Source of the DNA: an uncultured delta proteobacterium | GTDB taxonomy: Bacteria > Desulfobacterota > WTBG01 > CAIYCZ01 | NCBI GenBank assembly: GCA_963803975.1 | Contig: CAWDOY010000053.1 | Coordinates: 89,466 to 153,465 of the forward strand | Length of the DNA stretch: 64,000 nucleotides | Direction of reading: 5' to 3' | Part shown: positions 53,558 to 64,000 of the stretch, piece by piece | Layout of the letters: each line of letters starts with the position of its first letter | Position numbering within the stretch: position 1 is the stretch's first letter | Program-made: the position numbers and the translations under genes | The notes under the pieces: model-generated | The model's database searches: none | Told to the model about the DNA's origin: nothing | The model's input: only the letters and a program-made list of their open reading frames with translations

Positions 53558-55552
53558 ATGAATTTATTCTGCATCGCAGCAACAGTACTGTTATTTTGTG
53601 CGGGTATTGCTTCACCGCTTGGCGCGGCAGGAGATACGGGCATGTTTACCGATGCGTGGTTTGCTGAACAGATAAAGCAGGGTATCAGGGCTCCTGAGTT
53701 CCCTTCAGGATTTCAGTGGCTCAATACCGGCGGCCGGGAACTTCATTTCAATAAAGAACTCAAGGGCCGCATTGTCATAATAGATTTCTGGACCTACTGC
53801 TGCATCAACTGCATGCACGTCCTGCCTGATCTTGCCTTTCTGGAAGAAAAATATGCCGGGAAGCCGGTGGTGATTCTTGGCTGCCACAGCGCAAAATTCA
53901 ACAATGAACAGGAAACCATAAACATCCGGCAGGCAATCCTGCGCTACAATATTCGCCACCCGGTCGTCGTGGATGAAAAATTAAAAATCTGGGATTCCTT
54001 TGGCGTTAACTCCTGGCCCACCCTGGTTGCCGTCGGCCCGGATGGTCTGATCCTGGGGGGCTTTTCAGGCGAGGGACATCGCGCGGAGCTTGACGCGCTC
54101 ATCAGCGGCGCGCTCACCTACTACGGTAAAAGAAATTCGCTGGCCAGAGACGGCCTGACACTGCCCCTTGAGCTTGAAAAAGAGCCGCCGTCGGAACTGC
54201 TGTATCCCGGCAAGGTGCTCATCGACCCCGCGCAGAAGCAGCTTTTTATCTGCGGATTCCAACCACAATCGTATTGTCGTCACCAGTCTTGACGGGCAGC
54301 TGCTTTTTTCCATAGGCTCAGGCAAGGCGGGAGCACGGGACGGCAGCTTTGCTGAAGCTCAGTTCAACCGGCCCCAGGGCATGGCGCTGAAAGATGGCGT
54401 GCTCTATATTGCAGATACTGAAAATCACCTGCTGCGGGCCGCGCGGCTTGATAATAAGACCGTGCAGACCGTGGCGGGAAACGGAACGCAGGCGCGGGAA
54501 TATTTTAAAACCGGCAAGGGCATTCCCCTTAAGCTCGCCATGGGATCTTGCGGCAGCGGGCGAACACCCTGTATATTGCCATGGCCGGCATGCACCAGAT
54601 ATGGGCAATGGATTTGAAAACGCAGGTGGTTTCGACCTATGCGGGAAGCGGCCGTGAGTCATGTATCGACGGTCCCCGAATGGATGCAACCTTTGCCCAG
54701 CCATCAGGGCTGTCCTTTGACGGCCGGTACCTGTATGTGGCGGATTCGGAAGTGTCATCCATCCGGCGGCTTGACCTGCAGCAGGACGGCAGGGTTGAGA
54801 CCGTTGCCGGCTCACAGGATCTGTTCGGCTTCGGCCTGAAGGATGGCAAGGGCCCGGCAGCACTTTTTCAGCACCCTCTGGGCGTGCTTGCCTATGACAA
54901 TTATATTTTTGTTGCCGATACCTATAACCATGCAATCAGGCGCATCGACCGTTCCGGCACCGTGGAGACTATTCTTCAGGATGGTCAGTCTGCGCACCGT
55001 ACTATTATATGAACCGGGCGGCATTGCCGGGTATAATAACAAACTGTATATTGCGGACACCAACAATAACCGGATACAGGTGTTTGATCTGCAAAAGAAG
55101 GCATCAGCACCGCTTGCTCTCAATAAAGCAGCCCCGGCCCGAAAGTCCGGGGCAGCTGAAGACATTGTCGGGCCCAATGCCGTTCATCATGAAGGATTGC
55201 GCAGCGTGCTCAAACCGGGAGTGGCGGGTGAACTGCGCATTACCCTGTTACTCCCTCCCCAGCACCACCTGCTGCAGGGGTATCAGTCCCGGTACCTTGA
55301 TTAAGACCGGCAGCAGTGCAGCGCTTAGCATTTGCTGAAAACAACCGCAGCGGCACAATAGATCATCTGCAGGTATCTGTTCCCTTCTCCGCAGGTATGT
55401 CCGGCAGCTGACGGATAGAGGTGCAGGCTGTTTACGGATACTGTAATGACCGGGATAAGCTATGCATACCCCGTGACGTGGTCTGGAAAATAGATGGCAC
55501 CATTGATCAAAAAGAAGGCGTTCCGGTAATAGAACTGGTAGATAAACCGTAA
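53558..55552 (+). CDS. thioredoxin + NHL-repeat protein, NHLRC2/SOQ1-like (several frameshifts)
   Basis: DFWTYCCINCMH, HSAKF, NHL repeats (FNRPQG, ADTENH, FAQPSGL, FQHPLG). Confidence 0.85.
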
Positions 55553-55676
55553 AGAAGGGTGCAGAGGTGAATAGGTGAAGTGGCGAAAAGGTTATGATAA
55601 ATTATGTTATTACCTCTTTGCCTCTTTACCTCTTACCTTTGTCAGCCTTAATCGAATACGCGTTGTAGAGTTTGCA

Positions 55677-57247
55677 ATGGCTGATGATTTTACATCTCCA
55701 CTTGACGGCATCATAACATCGGCAGAGGCAGAGCCATTTTCACAGAATGTTTCAGCTGCTTTATGTCCCGGAGAGAAGCCTGTAGAACCCTGCACCATTA
55801 TAATCATTGGTGCTACCGGTGATTTGACCGCCCGCAAACTTGCACCCGCCCTGTATAAGCTCTATAGCAACAAGAGCCTTCCTCAGGACTTTCTCATTGT
55901 AGGCTGCGGCCGCACTGCGCTGACTAACGACGCGTTCGGGAACATATGCGGGAGGCTCTCATGGCGGTCATTTCAGCAGCGCCTGATGACTGGCACGAGT
56001 TTGCCCGGCACCTTACCTACCAGACACTCCAGTATGATTCACTCCCGTCCTACCGGGCCCTCGCAGATATGCTGCCACAGCTTGAGCATGAGCATAACGT
56101 GGGTGGCAACAGAATCTTTTATTGCGCCATTCCCCCTTTTTTATATGAGACCGCAGCCCGCCTGCTTACTCAGTCCCGGCTTTCAGTGGGGAGCGGCACA
56201 GACAGCAACTGGCCACGTATCGTAGTTGAGAAGCCTTTTGGCACTGACTTGAATACTGCACGCTCCCTCAACCAGGCGCTGCTCCAGGGTTTCACCGAGA
56301 AACAGATCTACCGGATTGACCATTACCTGGCAAAGGAGACGGTACAGAATGTCATGGTGCTGCGTTTTGCCAACGCCATTTTTGAGCCGCTCTGGATGAG
56401 AAATTATATTGATTATGTCAGCATCATGGCGGCAGAAACCATCGGCGTTGAGCACCGTGCCGGTTTTTATGAGAAAACCGGCGTGCTGCGCGACATGTTT
56501 CAGAGCCACATGCTGCAGCTTGTGGCCATGACCGCGATGGAGCCGCCCTCACGCTTTGAAGCAGAGATGGTGCGGGATGAAACGGCAAAGGTATTTCGCT
56601 CGCTCAGACCGTTTCCCGGGGACAATCCCTGGGAAAACCTGGTGCTGGGACAATACCGCGCCGGAACCATGGAGGGGAAAAAAGTTGCTGCGTACCGGGA
56701 GGAGCCGGGCGTATCCCCGGAGTCATTAACGCCCACATTTGCCATAATGAAAGTATATCTTGATAACTGGCGCTGGCAGGGGGTGCCGTTTTATCTCACT
56801 TCAGGGAAGCGGCTGTCAAGAAAGCTCACGCAGATCATCATTCAATTCAAGGAAGTTCCCCATTCCGTGTTTCGCCACATTCTGGGTGAACACATCAGCG
56901 CCAACCGGCTTACCCTGGGAATTCAGCCGGATGAGAAAATAACGCTCACCTTTCAGACCAAACATCCGGGAACCCGGGTGTGCCTGCGCTCGGTGACTAT
57001 GGATTTCAGCTACAACCAGAACTACACCGGCCCCGGCCTTGATGCATACGAAAAAGTGCTTCTGGACTGCATGCACGGCGACCAGATGCTTTTCTGGCGA
57101 CAGGATGCGGCAGAGCTGTGCTGGTCATTCCTCACGCCGGTGCTGGAGACCTGCGAAGACTGTGGAGAACGGGCAGCGCATCTCGATTTCTACGAGGCCG
57201 GAACCTGGGGCCCTGAAACAGCCCGTGATCTCATGCGGCCGCTATGA
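55677..57247 (+). CDS. zwf: glucose-6-phosphate 1-dehydrogenase (frameshift near 55940)
   Basis: GATGDL, EKPFG, RIDHYLAKE, RWQGVPF. Confidence 0.93.
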
Positions 57248-57676
57248 TTACAGACGGGGTAAATAGATAATATGCAGCGCTTCGCTCTTTTCGAACTCAA
57301 GCTCAATACTGTCATTTCTGATGCCCAGGCTGAGCGTACCCTTTGACCGGGCACCTTCCATCCCGCACATTTCCCGCAGTATCTCAAGCCCCCGCGCCAG
57401 CATGGACTCGGGCGCTGCCGGCAGCATGTGTTCTGCTCCCGGCCCGGCTATCAAAACCGGGCAGCCTTTTTCCAGAATAATTTTTTGCGCCCTGCTTTCA
57501 ATGGCATCAAGCACTACTAAGGCAAGATATTTCAAGCTCGCCTCATCAGCGTCTTCGTGTTTTTCTATTTTCCAGTTTCTGTCCGCCCAGCTTTTAAGAG
57601 CGTCTGCGGGATTTGTTTCCAGATAGCAGCTGATGAGATTCTGCAGTGCCAGGTGTGCGCTTGTTGCGTCCTTCAT
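57248..57676 (-). CDS. hypothetical protein
   Basis: 142 aa ORF with RBS aggagg. Confidence 0.65.
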   Translation of the reverse strand: MKDATSAHLALQNLISCYLETNPADALKSWADRNWKIEKHEDADEASLKYLALVVLDAIESRAQKIILEKGCPVLIAGPGAEHMLPAAPESMLARGLEILREMCGMEGARSKGTLSLGIRNDSIELEFEKSEALHIIYLPRL

Positions 57677-58541
57677 GGAGCCCTCCTTTTAAAAAGGTTA
57701 GTATTGTCAAAATATAACCACAGGGAACACAGAGTTTATGAGTTTGGAGTCGAGGAGTTTAGGAGTTAACAAACTCCAGCACTCGAACTCCTTAACTTCA
57801 ACTGTAACCTCTGTGTCCTCTCTATTGTTATCCTCTGTATCCTACCCCCCTGATCCATTACCAGGTAACTGAAAGGCTACCGGGAAACAAAAAGAATAAA
57901 ACATTCGAATTCAGGAACTCCCCAAGATAAAAAACGGTAATTCTAATTTATTGCCTTCCAGATTTTACCGAATATTTTTTAGAGTACACAGACTATTTCT
58001 CGGTGCCCTCAGTGGTTTCATGGCATCTCCCTTTTTCCTGTCAATAATTTAACACAAAAAAATATAAAAGCTACCGTCTATTACTATGAAAGTATTATTG
58101 AAAAGAGTGCTAAAGGCACTTTGTAAACATCCCGATAGGGAAACTAAACAGTTGGTCCAAGACCAGTACCTGCAAAAGGTACCTGGGGACCATTTGAATG
58201 TGTCTCGTATGCACGCGTATTAGGTTAAAGCCCCTTGACTGAAATGGATAATAAATCTAATATATTTCAGTATAATGCTTTTTCTTACACGGCATAAGGG
58301 GATACATATAGAAAAGGCATCAGAGAACCGTTTCAGGTTCTTTCGTGCCTTTTTTTTACTGTGCCTCAAAAATCTATTCATCAGGTTCATTACACAATCA
58401 TTGCCTGCCCTCGGCAGGGACATCCCTATTGCATAATTTCTCTTTAATAATGTATACTGATTTTAATAATTGTTTTTATGCGCCTTAAAATAGTTAACGA
58501 CAACGCTGTTTTTGACAACAATAAATAAAAAGAGGTGGAGC

Positions 58542-59213
58542 GTGAAAATATCCATAGTTATTCCCACGCGTAATGAAGAGGGCATGATCAAGGAGATTAT
58601 TGATGGATGCCGCCCGTATGCAGATGAACTGCTGGTAGTTGACGGCCATTCAACAGACAAAACGCGGGAGATCGCAGAAGCTGCCGGGGTGAAAGTAATC
58701 CTTGATAACGGGAAAGGCAAGGGCGCAGCGTTACGGCATGCCGCCACGGTTGTAACCGGCGATATTATTGTTTTTATTGACGCGGATGGTTCCCATGACC
58801 CCAGGGATATTCCCAGGCTTGTCGAGCCTATAATCAAAGGAGAAGCTGATCATGTTTCCGGCTCACGGCTCATCGGCGGATCAAGCGAGCTGCATGGCGG
58901 CTTTGATGAATGCTTCCGCCTCATGGGCAGCTCGTTTATTACCGCCTGCATCAACTGGCGGTTTAAGGTGGTGCTGAGCGAAAGCCAGAACGGGTTTCGG
59001 GCTATTAAAACCGATGTGATCAGACAGCTCGGTCTGGAGGAGAACATCACGACCATCGAGCAGGAAATGATCATGAAGACCCTGAAAAAAGGCTTCAGGA
59101 TGGCGGAAGTGCCGACCCACGAGCACAAGCGCAAGATGGGCTATTCAAAGATCAGTCTCAAAAAGGTCTGGTTCAGGTATTGCTATACCGTGGTAAAGTA
59201 TCTATTCTTCTGA
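58542..59213 (+). CDS. GT2 polyprenol-phosphate glycosyltransferase-like protein
   Basis: SIVIPTRNE, VVDGHSTD, GKG, DADGSH, GSR. Confidence 0.9.
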   Translation: MKISIVIPTRNEEGMIKEIIDGCRPYADELLVVDGHSTDKTREIAEAAGVKVILDNGKGKGAALRHAATVVTGDIIVFIDADGSHDPRDIPRLVEPIIKGEADHVSGSRLIGGSSELHGGFDECFRLMGSSFITACINWRFKVVLSESQNGFRAIKTDVIRQLGLEENITTIEQEMIMKTLKKGFRMAEVPTHEHKRKMGYSKISLKKVWFRYCYTVVKYLFF

Positions 59214-59266
59214 TAGATGTAACAGCTTTCTTATCCACATAACAAAAAGGCAGCGCCATTACTTTT

Positions 59267-60091
59267 ATGACACTGCCTTTTTCTATTGGTAGGTTTCTCC
59301 CAATTGGTTGTTGTGATACTAAATATAATTTGAAGGGGGTGACATATGTCAGTAAGAAGGTATTTTTATTAGTAATAGCGATCTCCATTATCGGTGCTTG
59401 CAATTACAGGAAAAATGCTACTGATTCATCTGACACCGGGCATGTTTCTCTAAAAAACTTTGTGAAAAACTATCAGACTGATAAATGTCCCGGTGGTCAC
59501 AATTATCTTGGGGTTTATGAATTGTTTTTTAATCCATTTAGGAATGTAGCTAAAAAGGTTGCAGAAATAGGTATTGCGCAAGGTGCTTCACTTAAGCTAT
59601 GGAGAGATTATTTCCCTCAAGCCACTGTCTATGGGATTGACATTTTTGATAACTCAAATCTTGATACTGAACGAATAAAAACATTTATAGGTGACCAATC
59701 AAAGAGAGAGGATTTGCAGGGATTTATTACAAAGTACGGAAGCGATTTTGATTTCATATTGGACGATGGCGGGCATTCAATGGAACAACAGCAAGTCAGT
59801 TTTGGATTTCTCTTTAAACATGTGAAACATAGCGGTTATTACATTATTGAAGATTTGCAAACTTCTATATATAAAGGAGAGTATGGATCAAAACCAGAGT
59901 TTGGAGCAAAACCTGACGAGTCAAATGCTACCTTAACTATGATTCGTACTTTTATTAATACCAGATTTATTAACAGTGTGTATCTTACCAATGAGGAGAC
60001 TGAATATTTAAATAAAACAATCGAATACTGCAGCGTTTTTTCTACAAACAATTATAGCATTACTTGTATTATAAAAAAGAAAGACTCATAA
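59267..60091 (+). CDS. class I SAM-dependent (sugar) O-methyltransferase-like protein (start uncertain)
   Basis: EIGIAQGASL..W, GIDI, GDQ, ILDDGGH, YIIEDL. Confidence 0.8.
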   Translation: MTLPFSIGRFLPIGCCDTKYNLKGVTYVSKKVFLLVIAISIIGACNYRKNATDSSDTGHVSLKNFVKNYQTDKCPGGHNYLGVYELFFNPFRNVAKKVAEIGIAQGASLKLWRDYFPQATVYGIDIFDNSNLDTERIKTFIGDQSKREDLQGFITKYGSDFDFILDDGGHSMEQQQVSFGFLFKHVKHSGYYIIEDLQTSIYKGEYGSKPEFGAKPDESNATLTMIRTFINTRFINSVYLTNEETEYLNKTIEYCSVFSTNNYSITCIIKKKDS

Positions 60092-60457
60092 GACCCTCGA
60101 CCCAGTCAAATCAGGAAAGTTCCGCGATTAACTGTAAATGATAAAAATGAGCGACGACTGCTATCAAACGCATCGACCAACCCTGCTCTAGCCATTCAAA
60201 ACTTTGTAAGAAATCATCAATGAATTTGGGTTTACCAACTTCTCCCGCTTTCTGATACTTAGTCTGCACTTTTCAGTCCGCTTGCATCAGCACAATATCT
60301 TGATACCTGCCAGTCTATTTTGGTTTTAATCTTCACCATTTAACCTTCAACTGATTGCCTTACATACTGCTGCATTTTGCTATCGGGATTTGCGACTAAC
60401 CTCTTTTTTCTGAAAAAAGAATACACCCTCGTTAATTGTTCTACTTAGCATTTCCCC

Positions 60458-61907
60458 TCACTTTGGAACGTGGTATATTTTTGGGTCGAACAAACCGTAG
60501 TATCCTAAGGGATTCCCGACAACAGTTTTTTCCAGCCTCCAAGTCGGGGGCATTGCCCTGAACTTTTCTTCCATGACTCTTCTCTGTACAGGATTTTCCA
60601 CCGATCCCCGTGAGCCGTCCCTTACAACGAATGAGTCAGGCAGCACTTTATTGAACGGGGTCGAGAATATGTCGTGCAGGAGCGCCTCTTTCTTCTTGAA
60701 CCCTGAATAGTACCTGATCCGTGCCAGTACTGTACTGTCAGCATAAATGTTCCGATCTGGATACTCCTTCACGTGTTCGTATATCCCTTTGAAGTCATCC
60801 CCAGGCAGGACATATTCTTCGTGTAGAGTATTGATGTAATATAGAGACGTAACGAGTAGAAAGGCAATGATAATCGCTCCTCGCTTCCCAGTACGATATA
60901 TTAGTGACCCAACAAGTATCACCATAGGTATGGTTATGACCGACAAGTGCCGTTCAAGACGATGCATTGGCACATACTCCGTGAAGCTCATGCTCCCGAA
61001 CTGCATCCACAGGTATACGCTTAGCATCCACCAGGACCGGTATCAGCATACTCCGGTTACACATAAACAGCGCAATTGCAGCAAAGAAAAAGAAGTACCC
61101 ATACATAAGCCTGGGATGATTTGTAATGATATTGTTGTTCTGGTCAAGTCCGAACATCAGACGGGGATAAGCCCACATATCTATATTGGCAGGCTTATAA
61201 TGCTCAAGTGTAAACTCCTGCCTTGACTCGTGATAGTTCACGAAAGGGTCTTTGCATCTTATATAGTTGTATGCGCCTTCTATTGTGATAACTGTCAGTA
61301 ACCCAGCCATGAATAAGGCGATAAGGGAAAGCCCCTTTTTTTTAAAAAGCCATGCCGATAAGAAGGGAATTAGTGGTATTAAACACACAACACTACGCAC
61401 ATTTATCAGGTAAATGTATCCCATCAAAAGCCCCGATACATATAACCATGACTTTTTGAGTTTCTCTTTATAGACGCAGAAAAACAATATTATGGCAGCA
61501 GACCCAAAGAACTCAATCGGTATATCCGGCATAAACACAGACGAGTATAAGATATGTAAAGGGTAGAAGGATAATAGAAATGCGGCGATTAGCCCAATGG
61601 TGGGGGTATAGAATAGGGAACCTCCAAGATACGCAAGCACTACAGAACCTATAGCACAGATCATAGGGTAAAGGGTTGTCGTATAGTCCCCTACACCGAA
61701 AAGGATATACGTTAATGCAAGAGGATAGGTCATCCCTGTACGGTTAGCGAATACTCCATGGTCTCCAAGGTTACCGTGCATCAGGTTATGTGCTATCTCT
61801 ATGTAGAACTGGTCGTCGGATAGATTGAATCCCACAAAATAGGTATAACGTAAAGCCAGGGCAAAGATTATTATTCCCCCAAGAATTATAGTGTTTTTTT
61901 TGGTCAC
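60458..61907 (-). CDS. GT-C (PMT/ArnT-like) membrane glycosyltransferase (frameshift near 61025)
   Basis: LALRY..GF..SDD.FY, AFLLSFYP, multiple TM helices, ERHL. Confidence 0.8.
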
Positions 61908-62185
61908 GATACCTCCCTCATGCCATTAATTTAGGCGAGGTATTGAAGAATTGAACCGAAAAATTGAGTCAAACATAACATCGGTACACTCGTACCTTCT
62001 GAGAAATTATCGATTGACGAATTGCGATTAACTGACATAGAATCAGCTCAATTTAAAAAAGGGTTCTTATGTCAAGGCATAACAATCAGGGAAACAATAT
62101 AATCTGGTAAAAATGAATCTCTATCAGTTTGAGTGCTGGTAGGGGCATTGCTGATGCTATCGCTTATGTTTGGTTTTGGTGAAAA

Positions 62186-63658
62186 ATGAAAAAACTAATA
62201 ATCATACTTCTGCTTGCCATTACTTTACGAATAGTATTTTTCGTTGGTATGGGTTTTAATGATGATTCATCCTATCTGTATAGTGCAAATGAAGTATATA
62301 ATAATAAATTTTCTATTGGCGCTGGGTGGTATTCTTCGCGTATAGGAACCTATTTACCAATTGTTATGATGTGGAAATTATTCGGAATTTCCGAATTATC
62401 CAGCTCAACATACTTCATACTATGTTCACTTATTGAGATTATATCAGTCTATTTTTTGGGGAAGATTTTGTTTAGTGAAAAAGTAGCCTTACTGGCTGCT
62501 TTTATTTTATCCGTTCTGCCAATAGGAGTAATATACTCAACACAAATTGGACCCAATGTTCCAATGTGTGCTTTTTTTGCTATGTCTTTAGCATTCTATG
62601 TTTTGGCACACAGAGATGAAAGTTATAAATATTATTCTCTGCTCTCAGGTGTATCTTGTGGCATAGGCTATTTATGTTATGAGTCAATAGTGTTAATGCT
62701 TCCGTGCTTTTTAATATATACTGTACTTAATATTCCGAGAACAATTAAAAAAACCGTTACAATGTTTATCTTAATTGTTGTTGGGTTTGTAGCGATAGCA
62801 AGCGTGAGAAATATATACTTTCATCACTTTACTGGTAATTGGTTTTACAATGAACATATAATTAGTTCTACATTAAGTAATGATAGGAACATTGATGACA
62901 ACTTTTACAGATACCCCAAAGCCCTATTAAATATTGGCCAGGATTTTAACTCATGGGATGATCCTAAACTATTCGGCATAACATACTACATTGTTATTCT
63001 AAGTCTTATTGTATTATTAATAATGAATAAGTTGTTTAACAGAAATGTTTTATTCATAGTAATATCAATGTTGTTTATTTTTTTAACATTTCAGTATTTT
63101 CTACACTTTATTTCATTGTCAATAGCACCACAATTTTGGAGAGCGAGGCACAGTCGTTATCTAATAGCTATGTCAATGCCAGCCTCATTGATTATTGCTT
63201 ACGCATGTAGCTGTATGAGAGGAAAGATGGCTTGGGTAGGTATCGGGGCTATAATCTGTTTATTCATTAGCTCTATGTACTATGGGTATATATAACCATA
63301 AATTTCTCAGAAATGGTATGGGGTATGTAAGAGAAGCGACATATATTTCACAAAGGATGCCAGGAAAAAAGATATATATTCCCGATAATTGGACAGAAAG
63401 CAAAATGAGGGTATTTGCAAAATTTGATAAACACTTCTGAGCAGATTGGTTATTTATCAAGATGCTAAGTTTGATGTTAATAAGATAAAAGATTCTTATA
63501 TCGTAACTGATATAAATCCTTATACTTATATATGCCGTATGAACTATCCTCCATTCATGGCTAATCCACCCCAAACATGGAAGTTGGTAAAAACGATAAA
63601 GATGGATAACTATGGTATTTTTACTAAGTTTGTACCACGGATATATTCATGTCAATGA
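62186..63658 (+). CDS. GT-C (PMT/ArnT-like) membrane glycosyltransferase (3' frameshifts)
   Basis: LRIVFF.G...DDSSY, AAFILSVLP, SRYL; C-terminal ..PRIY resembles ..PKIY of the divergent paralog. Confidence 0.8.
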
Positions 63659-63950
63659 TATTGTTGAACCACCTTATTGCGGTAAGTACAAGACACAGAA
63701 AAGTGCAGACTACCTGCCAAAATGTGGCCTTGTCGGTCTTGCTGCAATCTCTCGTTATGGTTGTAACGTCAGGTTAATATTTTCAAGTTCTCCCTTTATT
63801 AAAAAACAACTATATTTTTCAGGAAACATCTGCGTTATTTAACAGTTTTGACAGTTCCGACTTTACCTTTTTGCTGCATATACTTTAAACATCGCTTTTC
63901 AAAAAAAAAATCTTCTGTCTGATGGTTCTGAATTGCGGGAGAAATCAAGC

Positions 63951-64000
63951 ATGAAAATATTACTCTTAAATCCCCCGACACTGGACAATAAAAAATTCAT
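63951..64000 (+). CDS. start of a probable B12-binding radical SAM protein (truncated by window)
   Basis: MKILLLNPP N-terminus only. Confidence 0.4.
   Translation, partial: MKILLLNPPTLDNKKF

Noticed and set aside
48533..55552. Selenocysteine recoding in the redox genes
   Set aside because: Active-site motifs use Cys codons; the breaks I examined are frameshifts, not in-frame TGA.
6314..63658. About 20 split genes (pabC, ugd, aprA, pfk, hcp, hcpR, zwf and others) as pseudogenes or programmed frameshifts
   Set aside because: Single-base shifts are scattered through otherwise intact housekeeping genes, as expected from long-read indel errors. Read polishing would settle this.

Overview
A 64 kb chromosomal window from an anaerobic bacterium. 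Gene content (multiheme cytochromes, hcp/hcpR, desulfoferrodoxin-rubredoxin, sigma54 regulators) suggests Desulfobacterota / former Deltaproteobacteria; this is inferred. Roughly 20 genes carry single-base frameshifts, which look like uncorrected long-read indels. Order: birA-bioB-pabB-CoA-binding-fprA; a truncated restriction gene plus small gene/nucleotidyltransferase pair; pabC-yihA; rfbA-[~250 nt structured element]-rfbB-rfbD-ugd-uxs; a sigma54-preceded hypothetical pair and tRNA-Pro(CGG); an accessory stretch (14-repeat TPR protein, orphan integron cassette, orphan His/Gly-rich RiPP-like precursor); a cysK-aprAB-siroheme reductase sulfur-assimilation cluster; a ~18 kb nitrosative-stress island marked by four TTGAC-N4-GTCAA boxes (HPP/CBS, tetraheme cyt c-NrfC-NrfD-octaheme HAO-like, double-domain PFK, nonaheme secreted cytochrome, nitroreductase, hcpR, hcp); a sensor kinase-NtrC-sigma54 promoter-sigma70 cascade; thiol/oxidative redox genes; zwf; and an AT-rich glycosylation island. 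A 125 bp MITE-like repeat occurs three times. No CRISPR array, rRNA or transposase was seen.
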